A stretch of 64,000 nt of DNA from an uncultured Acidimicrobiaceae bacterium (GTDB taxonomy: Bacteria > Actinomycetota > Acidimicrobiia > Acidimicrobiales > Bog-793): assembly GCA_963841155.1 (NCBI GenBank), contig CAWJBM010000005.1, positions 11,869-75,868 on the forward strand, written 5' to 3'. Each line of letters begins with the position of its first letter. Positions within the stretch are counted from its first letter, which is position 1. Below the pieces are notes generated by a model, which worked only from the letters and a program-made list of their open reading frames with translations, had not been told where the DNA came from and did no database searches. A program made the position numbers and the translations under genes. Of this stretch, positions 50,281 through 58,569 are shown piece after piece.

Positions 50281-50507
50281 CCCTCCGACTGCTCGACCGT
50301 GCCCGTCCCAGAAGACCTCCGCTCGCGCGCTGTCCCGGCGCGTCAACGGTCCGGTCCCGGGCCAAACGGGAGATCAACCAGGCCTAGGTTCACGAGCGGG
50401 GCCCAGTCGAGTAGCCCTTCCTGTCGGCATGCACCGATCGTCGCAGCAGTCCGAACGCACCGGAGATGACATCGAGGCCGTGGTGCACGACAGCAGCGAG
50501 GTTGGTA

Positions 50508-51995
50508 TCAGCCTCGAAGAGGATGCTCGGTAAAGACGGACGGAGCATGCGACAAAGCGGGAGCGGCGGCGCTGCTGCTGCTCACTTCCAGCCGCCGCTG
50601 GTCATCCTCGCCCGAAACCTGCTCGAGGCTTCGGCGGGCGGGCTCGGGCAGCACGAGACTCAACGAGAAGCCAAGTATCGAGGCAACAGCCGCTACGAGG
50701 AGCATGCCTCGCAAGCCGATGTGCCGCTGCAACTGCGGTACCAAGAACACCCCGATGAACGCACCGAGTTTGCCGACTCCCGCAGCGATGCCATGGCCCG
50801 TCGTACGCATGCTCACGGGGAACACTTCGGACGGCAAAACAAATGTCGTGGTGTTCGGCCCGAACTCGACGAAGAAGTAGCTGACCCCGAAGACAAGGAG
50901 GAACGGCACAACCGTCGCGGTAAGCCGCGGAATTGCGCCGAGGGCGATGAAAGCGACGGCCATGACCGTGAACCCGATCAATTGCAGCCGTTTGTGGCCG
51001 ATTCTGTCCATGCGCATGACGGCCAAGGCGTAGCCGGGCACCGCGAATACCACGAAGATTGCGAGGGTCCAGGCAAGTTTCGCCTCAAGGGTTGCGTGGG
51101 CGTCGACACCCTTCAGGATCGCCGGCAGTGACAAAGTGTTCCCGTAGTAGGCGTAATCGAAGAGGAACCAGCTTCCCGCCGTGCCCACCAAGAGGAGCAG
51201 CATCTGCGGATTGCTCAGGAACTCTCGGAAACCCAAGCGCCTCGTGCCCTCGGCTGACACGGCCGAGGTGTCGAAGACGCCTTTGGAGAACGCGGCGGCT
51301 TCGCGCGCCGCACGCTCGCCCTCGCCTTGCACACGCGCTTGAAACCTCGGCGATTCCGGCATCTTTGCCCGCAGATAGATCACCGCGGCTGCAGGAACCG
51401 CGCCGAGGCCAAGCAACAGTCTCCAGCTGAGAGCCTGGGTAACCCCTGAGGACAACAGGGCCAGGCCCACCAGCGGACCAACCGTGAGCCCGAGCGCCTG
51501 CATCGAGAAGACCATGCCGACAAGACGGCCGCGGTCGCGGGTGTTGGAGTACTCGCTCATGAGCACCGCCGAGACCGGGTAGTCGCCACCGATACCGAGG
51601 CCCAACACAAGACGTGCCATGACCAGGCACACGAAGTTTGGCGAAAATGCAGAGGCGAGCGCTCCGACGATCATGATGGCCGCGACCAGCGCGTAGACGC
51701 TCTTGCGACCGAGGACGTCCGCGATCCTCCCGAACACGAAGGCTCCGGCGACGGCACCCAGGAGAGACGCCCCCGTCACCCAGCTCGCCTCGGTAGTGCT
51801 GAGGTGCCATTGGGTCGTCACGATGGCGCCGACCGTGCCGATGACGAACAGGTCGTATGCGTCGGTGAAAAAGCCCATGCCGGAGATGAGGACAACCCGG
51901 CGGTGAAATCTGCTCCTCGGCGCCTCGTTGAGGAGGTCGCTGATCGTGACGGGCGCGAGCCCTTCCTTCACGTTCTCAGGTTCGCCAAGCAGCAA
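50508..51995 (-). CDS. Pho84-type phosphate:H+ symporter (MFS)
   Basis: GMGFFTDAYDLF, GIGGDYPVSA, FSMQALG, WFLFDYAYYG, FGPNTTTF and HGIAAGVGK motifs. Confidence 0.85.
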   Translation of the reverse strand: MLLGEPENVKEGLAPVTISDLLNEAPRSRFHRRVVLISGMGFFTDAYDLFVIGTVGAIVTTQWHLSTTEASWVTGASLLGAVAGAFVFGRIADVLGRKSVYALVAAIMIVGALASAFSPNFVCLVMARLVLGLGIGGDYPVSAVLMSEYSNTRDRGRLVGMVFSMQALGLTVGPLVGLALLSSGVTQALSWRLLLGLGAVPAAAVIYLRAKMPESPRFQARVQGEGERAAREAAAFSKGVFDTSAVSAEGTRRLGFREFLSNPQMLLLLVGTAGSWFLFDYAYYGNTLSLPAILKGVDAHATLEAKLAWTLAIFVVFAVPGYALAVMRMDRIGHKRLQLIGFTVMAVAFIALGAIPRLTATVVPFLLVFGVSYFFVEFGPNTTTFVLPSEVFPVSMRTTGHGIAAGVGKLGAFIGVFLVPQLQRHIGLRGMLLVAAVASILGFSLSLVLPEPARRSLEQVSGEDDQRRLEVSSSSAAAPALSHAPSVFTEHPLRG

Positions 51996-52040
51996 GGAGG
52001 GTCTCCATCCGGCGGAGTCGTCGCTCCGCTTTCCAGAAAT

Positions 52041-52135
52041 TCACTTTCGCGTCACTTTCGCAACTCGAAATGACTTCTAGACGACATCTAGGTAAACACA
52101 AGATGAACACATTGGTAATTCCAGGTGTCACCTGG
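52041..52135. promoter_or_regulatory. PHO-box-like 11-bp direct repeats in the divergent MFS/phoU promoter
   Basis: TCACTTTCGC x2 (period 11); on the minus strand GTGTTCATCTT/GTGTTTACCTA/GATGTCGTCTA/GAAGTCATTTC; palindrome CCAGGTG-t-CACCTGG. Confidence 0.55.
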
Positions 52136-52151
52136 TTATCGTTCGTCCGTG

Positions 52152-52796
52152 ATGGAGACGTCGTCCGAAGGATCGCCAGTTGATCGCCGGGTCGGGCAGC
52201 TCTTCGCTCTCGTGAGCGAATCGCTCGCTAGTGCGACACAGGCTCTGCTGCTCGGGGACATCTCCTTGGGCAGGACGGTCATGGACGGGGACCGGTCGAT
52301 CGACGAGCTCACGTCGGACGTCGAACGAACTGTCTGGGACCAGATCGACACCGAGTCGCCAACCGGTGACGAGCTGCGCAGGCTGATCGGTATTCTCCAG
52401 ATCTTGCCGGAACTGGAACGCAGCGCCGATCTGGCTGAGCACATCGCCCAGCGTGCGGTGGCCAACCTCGGCGCCGAGATGAGCCCCCTCAGCCGTGGAA
52501 TCGTCCAGCGCATGACGGAGGTCGCTCTCGAGATGTGGAAGGCGGCTTCGGACGCGTTCGACGCAGAGATTCCCCCGCTGAGCACCCTGGACGAGGACGA
52601 CGAGGAGATCGACATCCTTCACGAACGACTGACCGGAGAGGTGGCTCGTGGGATGATGACAACGGCCGTGGCCGCGCAGGTCACGCTTCTCGCCCGGTTC
52701 TACGAGCGTCTGGGTGATCACGCCGTGAACCTTGCCAGCCGCATCGCCAGCCTTCCGCCGAAAGCAACCCTCAGCCCTGATCGGCCGGAGGAATAG
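52152..52796 (+). CDS. phoU: Phosphate uptake regulator PhoU
   Basis: D..IDEL, ELERSADLAEHIA, DEEIDILH and ARFYERLGDHAVNLA: two PhoU repeats. Confidence 0.92.
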   Translation: METSSEGSPVDRRVGQLFALVSESLASATQALLLGDISLGRTVMDGDRSIDELTSDVERTVWDQIDTESPTGDELRRLIGILQILPELERSADLAEHIAQRAVANLGAEMSPLSRGIVQRMTEVALEMWKAASDAFDAEIPPLSTLDEDDEEIDILHERLTGEVARGMMTTAVAAQVTLLARFYERLGDHAVNLASRIASLPPKATLSPDRPEE

Positions 52797-53058
52797 TCGG
52801 CCGCGGGTGCACCCACGCTCGCCTGACCCCGGCCCGGGGCTGCCGACGAGAACCTCCGGGTGAGCGCCAACCGCTAGAGCAGAGTGGTTGAGCGTTCCTG
52901 TCTCAGGAAATATAGGTGACCATGCGGCTCAGGGGAGACTCGACTTCGTCAACGCCCTGGGCGGGCGGGCCACTGTGTCCGGGCAACTCCGGCACTCGGC
53001 CAAAGGGCCGCATGCGGGAACTCGAACTTCTCCCCGAGTGAAGACGATGACCGAGGTC

Positions 53059-53550
53059 TCAGTGAGGCGCTCCGGTGCCGTGCTGCCACTCCAAGAAGAC
53101 CGCCCGGAGGAGATCAGGCTGCGTCACCACGCCGACCACCTCACCCTTGGGACCGACGACGGGCAGCCGGTGGATCCCTCCCGAGAGCATGGTGCCGAGG
53201 GCTCGGATCAAGCCCGCGTCACGGTCGATTGTCCGGACCGGTCTTGTCATCACCGACCCCACGGAGGCCGCGAAGTGATCTCGCGCCACCGCAACCAGAT
53301 CGCTGAACGCCCGGAAGCTGCCTGCCTCGTTGAGCTCGGCCGCCGTCGGGAGCACCGCCTTGAGCAGGTCCCGTTCGGTCACGATCCCGAGCAGGTCCCG
53401 CTCACTGACGATTCCGAGCAGCTCTTCCCCCTCGACAACGAGCGCACACTCCGCGCCATGAAAGATAAGGGTTCGAGCCACGTCCGCGATCGTCTCCCCC
53501 GGCTCGACACGGCACAAGTCTGTGTGCATTACATCCTTCACGCACAGCAT
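53059..53550 (-). CDS. CBS domain-pair protein
   Basis: VKDVMH...GIVTERDLL...VGSVMT...IHRLPVV...GVVTQPDLL; RBS GGGGAGG. Confidence 0.9.
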   Translation of the reverse strand: MLCVKDVMHTDLCRVEPGETIADVARTLIFHGAECALVVEGEELLGIVSERDLLGIVTERDLLKAVLPTAAELNEAGSFRAFSDLVAVARDHFAASVGSVMTRPVRTIDRDAGLIRALGTMLSGGIHRLPVVGPKGEVVGVVTQPDLLRAVFLEWQHGTGAPH

Positions 53551-53670
53551 GGCCTCCCCTTCCAAACCAGGAAGTCTACTCGTGCGCACAGCGGCGACGA
53601 CGAGCACCGGAACTCCCGCGTAGGCGGTGCCCAAGGGCGCTACGGCGAGAACGAGGACGGAGGGCCTTCT

Positions 53671-53950
53671 CTATCCGAGCGCCATCCAGGCGACCTTCAC
53701 AGCTCTCGTGAGCCGCTGTCAGTCCGATCGTGAAGGACCCTGTCACCGGGACGGCATTCGCCACCGCGACCGCACCGGCGTCTGTCTGCAGCGTGGCGAG
53801 GATCGTGGAACTAGCAGCGACACCGGCAAGGTCACCTTGACGCTCGTCTTCTTTACAGCCACTCTTGCAAGGCCGCTGCGCGAGAACGAGACCCTGTCGG
53901 GGACTTCGAGCGCGTTGCCCGAGGTGCTCTTCCCGTCTTTGGCGCACGCC
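53671..53950 (-). pseudogene. Frameshifted C-terminal relic of a beta-rich protein
   Basis: Three frames join: GNALEV..RVSFSRSGLARV..KKTSVKVT | LAGVAASSTILATLQTDAGAVAVANAVPVTGSFTIGLTAA | TRAVKVAWMALG*. Confidence 0.6.
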
Positions 53951-54175
53951 CATCGGTCGTGGGTGAGCTTGCGCGAACACTTCCGCAAGGCGCATCAGCG
54001 CGAGCAGCCCCGGATCAGAGGAGCTGTCTCGGCGTTTCGGGGTGCACCCGACGAGCCCAGGTCGCGGCACACCTCGTGAGCAGGTGCCCGAGCAAGCACT
54101 TGCTATTATTTCTACAGATCAGATAGAATCAACATCAGTAATGCAGGTCTGAATTGCTCATGGGGGGGAAATCCA

Positions 54176-55303
54176 GTGAAACGCCGCTTCATCGCACTCG
54201 CCGTGCCGGCACTTGCCGCAGTCCTGGTCACAACGTGCTGGTCGAGCTTGTCGAGCTCCGTCGCCGGCCGCGCCGTGTCCGCTTCGCCATCGAATGCGGC
54301 GCACGGATTCATCAGGCTGACAGAGTTCACGGCGCCGAGCGCCATCACGCTCGACGGTGCCGGAGCCAACTCCATCGCGCCGTTCTTCCAGAAGGTCTTC
54401 TACGACTACGAGCAGCTCCACTCGAAGCTCACCATCAACTACTCGCCCGCAGGCAGCAGCGTGGGTGTCAAGGACATCCAGCAGGACACGGTGGACTTCG
54501 GCGACTCGGAGATCCCCATGTCATCATCTGCCCTGGCCGCGGCCAAGGGGGGCACAGTCCTGCAGGTGCCCGTAGAGCTCGGCGGCGTGGCGATCAGTTA
54601 CAACGTGCCGGGTGCGCCGAAAGGCTTGCACCTCAATGGGCCCATACTCGCCTCGATCTTCGACGGCACGATCACGAGGTGGAACGATCCGCGGATCGCC
54701 AAGGTCTCCGGTATCTCGAACCTCCCGGACCTTTCGATCGTCCCCGTCCACCGTGCCGATTCCTCCGGACCGGGCTGGGATCTGGATCAGTACCTCATCT
54801 CAACGTCGCCTACGTGGGTCACCAAGATCGGCACGTCGAAGGCGTCGACATCGTGGCCGTTGCCGGACATAGGCGAGGGTGAGCAGCTCAACACGGGTGT
54901 CGCCACGTTCATCAAGAGCACGCCTGGCGCGATCGGCTACGTATCGTTCGGCTATGCCCTGGAAGCGAAGTTCACCAACGCCGCACTGAAGAACAAAGCA
55001 GGTGCATTTGCCGCACCCTCGTCGCAGTCGATCGCCCAGGCCGGAGCCCGAGCGGTCAACCTGAGCGCCAGCCACTTTTCGATCATCGACGAACCTGGTT
55101 TGTCGACCTACCCATTGGCCAACTTCAGCTGGACTCTGCTTTACAAGAAGCAGGCAAACGCAGCCAAGGGCGCCGCACTCGGCAAGCTCTTCTACTACGT
55201 GGTGACCACCGGCCAACAGCAGGCGAAATCGCTCGGCTACTCGCCCCTTCCGCCGAATGTCGTTCGACTCGCCAAGACGACACTGGCCAAGTTGCGGTCT
55301 TAG
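54176..55303 (+). CDS. pstS: PstS-family solute-binding protein with non-canonical pocket
   Basis: GAGA, GSS.G, VDFG.S, GTITRWNDP, HRADSSG, PGAIGYV and LGYSPLP motifs; first gene of pstSCAB. Confidence 0.9.
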   Translation: MKRRFIALAVPALAAVLVTTCWSSLSSSVAGRAVSASPSNAAHGFIRLTEFTAPSAITLDGAGANSIAPFFQKVFYDYEQLHSKLTINYSPAGSSVGVKDIQQDTVDFGDSEIPMSSSALAAAKGGTVLQVPVELGGVAISYNVPGAPKGLHLNGPILASIFDGTITRWNDPRIAKVSGISNLPDLSIVPVHRADSSGPGWDLDQYLISTSPTWVTKIGTSKASTSWPLPDIGEGEQLNTGVATFIKSTPGAIGYVSFGYALEAKFTNAALKNKAGAFAAPSSQSIAQAGARAVNLSASHFSIIDEPGLSTYPLANFSWTLLYKKQANAAKGAALGKLFYYVVTTGQQQAKSLGYSPLPPNVVRLAKTTLAKLRS

Positions 55304-55325
55304 ACAAGGGCAGCGCTGCTCAGCT

Positions 55326-56363
55326 GTGAACGACTCGATCGCGTCTTTGCCGCCCTCATCTATCGCGGGGTCAGCCGTGACAGGTGAGGGCGGCGACGGT
55401 GCTGCCGGGTTGCGACCATGGCGCAAGCCTCGGCGTCTTCCCTCGAGCCCCCTGTACGCGATCGTCCGTTGGGGCGCGGCCGGGCTTTTCGCCGCCCTTG
55501 TGATCGGCCTGATCGTCAGCATCGTGTCGCAATCGAGCCAGGCGTTCGCTCACTCCGGAATCAGTTTCCTATGGTCGGGAACCTGGAACCCCGATGCCGG
55601 CGACTATGCGGGCGGGACCCTTGTCGTAGGGACGGTCATCACCACGCTGGTGGCCATGATCATCGTCGTGCCGATCGGCCTCGGCACTTCCGTATCTGTC
55701 TCCGAGTTGATACCGAGGTGGCTAGCAGGGCCACTGTCCACCTCCATCGAGTTTCTCGCCGCCGTGCCGAGCATCGTCGTGGGCCTGTGGGCGCTGCTCG
55801 TGCTCTCCCCGGTGTTCGCCAGCGATGTCGAACCTGCGCTCGAGGGCCTTCCGGTCCTGAACACGGTCTTTCGCGGGCCTGCCTACGGACCGAGCGTCCT
55901 GCTCGCCTCGGTGGTGCTGGCCATCATGACGCTGCCGACTGTCGTCGCCCTGAGCCGGACCGCGCTGGGCGGGGTTCCCATCGCCGAGAGGGAGGCGGCG
56001 ATGGCCCTAGGTGCCACACATTGGCAAGTGGTCAGGCGCACCGTGCTCCCTGCCGCTCGTTCCGGCATCGCCGCCGCCATCACGCTGGCGGTCGGGCGGG
56101 CGCTCGGTGAGAGCATCGCCGTGGCACTGGTGATCGGCAACCGCCCGGCAATCCCCCATTCGCTCCTCGCGCCAGGGGCGACACTCGGGTCGGCCATCGT
56201 CAACCAGTTCGCAGAGGCATCCCCCGGACTCGGCACGAGCGCGGTGATCGCGCTAGCGGCCATCCTGCTCCTGCTGACGATCCTCGTCAATGTCGCGGGA
56301 CAACTTCTCGTCCGTAGAAGGGGTGGTCGCCGCCTGCTCGGCGTGCGGGGCGCGGTCGCATGA
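55326..56363 (+). CDS. pstC: Phosphate ABC permease PstC
   Basis: W.P..G.Y, LAAVPSIVVGLW, EAAMALGAT.WQ and GRALGE motifs. Confidence 0.93.
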   Translation: MNDSIASLPPSSIAGSAVTGEGGDGAAGLRPWRKPRRLPSSPLYAIVRWGAAGLFAALVIGLIVSIVSQSSQAFAHSGISFLWSGTWNPDAGDYAGGTLVVGTVITTLVAMIIVVPIGLGTSVSVSELIPRWLAGPLSTSIEFLAAVPSIVVGLWALLVLSPVFASDVEPALEGLPVLNTVFRGPAYGPSVLLASVVLAIMTLPTVVALSRTALGGVPIAEREAAMALGATHWQVVRRTVLPAARSGIAAAITLAVGRALGESIAVALVIGNRPAIPHSLLAPGATLGSAIVNQFAEASPGLGTSAVIALAAILLLLTILVNVAGQLLVRRRGGRRLLGVRGAVA

Positions 56364-57274
56364 GCACGCTCCCGTCCATACAGGTAGCACTGGATAGCGT
56401 GATGCCCGACATGGGACTCGCCGAGGTGACCCGGCGGCGGCTCTTGGTGCGAGATTCGGCCCGTCGCTCGATCGGACGGCGCCGCATGGCGGGACGCGCC
56501 ATGCAGGCCGTATGCCTGATCACCGTGCCACTTGGCTTGGCGCCCTTGGTGGCCCTTGTCATAGCCACCGTCTCCAAAGGGGCGGGCGCGCTGAACGTCG
56601 GTTTCCTCCTGCATGCCCCTACACCAGAAGGGGTGCCCGGTGGAGGCATCTCCACCGCGATCGTCGGTTCGGGTGAGATAGTCACCTATGCGATCGCATT
56701 GGCGGTGCCAATGGGCCTCTTCATCGCCCTGTTCCTGTTCGAGCGTCCGGGACCGATCGCGTCCGCCGTCCGCTTCGGCGCTGATGTGATGTCCGGCGTT
56801 CCCTCGATCATCATCGGCATCTTCGCCTATGCGATCTGTGTTGAGCGGTTCCACCATTTCTCGAATGTGGCGGCTGGCTTGGCACTCGGAGTCTTGATGT
56901 TGCCCATCATGGTCCGGGCTAACGAAGAGGCAATGCGAACTGTTCCCGTCGACCTGTGGGAGGCGGGAATCTCGCTCGGTGCGCGGCGGTCGCGCGTGGC
57001 CCGCTCCGTTGTGCTGCGGGGGGCGCTGCCGGGAGTTGTCACGGGCAACCTCTTGGCATTGGCTCGCGGCGTAGGCGAGACCGCCCCGTTGCTGTTCACG
57101 GTGGCTTCCCCCACACTCGCCATGACTCTGCTCATCTTCAACGACGCGACACAGCCATTCCCGGACGCTCAACAGGCAGCGTGGGGAACGGCGCTGGTGC
57201 TGCTCGCCCTCGTGCTGATCCTGAGCGTGATCGCCCGGACGGTCGCTTGGACACTAAACAGGAAGACACGATGA
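56360..57274 (+). CDS. pstA: Phosphate ABC permease PstA
   Basis: [23 protein letters not shown] and [11 protein letters not shown] motifs. Confidence 0.93.
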   Translation: MSTLPSIQVALDSVMPDMGLAEVTRRRLLVRDSARRSIGRRRMAGRAMQAVCLITVPLGLAPLVALVIATVSKGAGALNVGFLLHAPTPEGVPGGGISTAIVGSGEIVTYAIALAVPMGLFIALFLFERPGPIASAVRFGADVMSGVPSIIIGIFAYAICVERFHHFSNVAAGLALGVLMLPIMVRANEEAMRTVPVDLWEAGISLGARRSRVARSVVLRGALPGVVTGNLLALARGVGETAPLLFTVASPTLAMTLLIFNDATQPFPDAQQAAWGTALVLLALVLILSVIARTVAWTLNRKTR

Positions 57275-58173
57275 AGCAGCCCGACGACCTCACAGATCTG
57301 GTGTTGAACCACGCGACCGATCCGCGGGCCTATTTCGACAACCGCTCCGGAAGGCTCGCGAAAGAATCGAGGACGTTGCCAGATCGACCTGACCCGGGCG
57401 CGCACGGGGCCGCCGTAACACTCGACGACGTGAGCATCACCTTTGGCGATCACGTCGCCGTCCGCAATGTCACCCTCCAGATGCCTGCTTGCCAAGTGAC
57501 CGCTCTCGTCGGTCCATCCGGGTGTGGCAAGACGAGTGTTCTCAGGGCCATCAACCGGCTCCACGATCACACTGGAGGCGCTGTTCGCGGCACTGTCAGG
57601 CTAGGCAGCCTCGACGTCTACGGATCCGATGTCCAGCCGGAAGTGCTGCGCAGCCGGATCGGCATGGTGTTCCAACGGCCGAATCCCTTCCCGACATTGA
57701 GCATCTTCGACAACGTGATCTCCGGGTTGCGCTTCAACGGAGTCCGCAACAAGCGTCTCCTTCGCGAGATGGGCATAGCCGCGCTTCACAATGCCGCCTT
57801 GTGGGACATCGTCAAGGATCGCCTCAACCAACCTGCCTTGCGCCTTTCGGGTGGACAACAACAGCGCCTTTGCATCGCGCGCGCTCTCGCCATCGAGCCC
57901 GAGGTGCTCCTCATGGACGAGCCGTGCTCCGCGCTCGATCCTGTGGGTACGGCAAAGATCGAGGATCTCATCAGACACCTGTCGAGTGAGGTGACTATCG
58001 CCCTGGTCACGCACAACATGTTCCAGGCCGCCCGTGTCTCGGACAACGTGGCCGTCTTCCTTCTCGGCGACGACCGTGTCGGGGAACTGGTCGAGGTCGG
58101 CCCCACGGAGCGCGTGTTCGACGCTCCCAGCGATGCCCGCACGAAGGCCTACGTCACCGGGCACGTCGGCTGA
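57271..58173 (+). CDS. pstB: Phosphate ABC ATPase PstB
   Basis: [41 protein letters not shown] and [13 protein letters not shown] motifs. Confidence 0.96.
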   Translation: MKQPDDLTDLVLNHATDPRAYFDNRSGRLAKESRTLPDRPDPGAHGAAVTLDDVSITFGDHVAVRNVTLQMPACQVTALVGPSGCGKTSVLRAINRLHDHTGGAVRGTVRLGSLDVYGSDVQPEVLRSRIGMVFQRPNPFPTLSIFDNVISGLRFNGVRNKRLLREMGIAALHNAALWDIVKDRLNQPALRLSGGQQQRLCIARALAIEPEVLLMDEPCSALDPVGTAKIEDLIRHLSSEVTIALVTHNMFQAARVSDNVAVFLLGDDRVGELVEVGPTERVFDAPSDARTKAYVTGHVG

Positions 58174-58409
58174 CGAGGCACAGACTCGCCCCGCCGGCGA
58201 GCGTGTCGATGGTGGGCGCGGTGGGCGGCCGACGAGGCGCCGTGGGGGCTGGCGGCCCTGAGCCGGGACCCGAGCCAACATCACAAGGCTTTGCACCGCT
58301 CCCACCAGGTATTGTGCGCGTTGGCGGCGATCTTGCGGCCCCATCCCCCTCTTTCCCGGGCCAAATGGCGTTAGGTGGTCAGGTCGTGGGCAACCAAGAG
58401 GATTGATCG

Positions 58410-58490
58410 TAGGTGCCTTACCAAAGAGTTAAGGAGTAGGACAGATGCTTACCAAATGGGGCATGGTCCGCAGCGATAGGTGCCTACCGA
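58410..58490. repeat. Three spaced AGRTGC(C)(T)TACC repeats in intergenic DNA
   Basis: taggtgccttaccaaa (58410), agatgcttaccaaa (58443), taggtgcctaccga (58477). Confidence 0.6.
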
Positions 58491-58569
58491 GAGAGTGAAA
58501 GGGCTGGAGGTTGCTCCCCGATGATCGAGGATCGCGAGTGCCTGCTCCCGACAGGGCCCGCTTGAGGTC

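Noticed and set aside
52797-53058. Riboswitch or ncRNA between phoU and the CBS gene
   Set aside because: Region lies between convergent genes and has no recognisable aptamer consensus
58410-58490. Mini CRISPR array
   Set aside because: Repeats are ~14 bp and degenerate, spacers ~20 bp, and there are no cas genes
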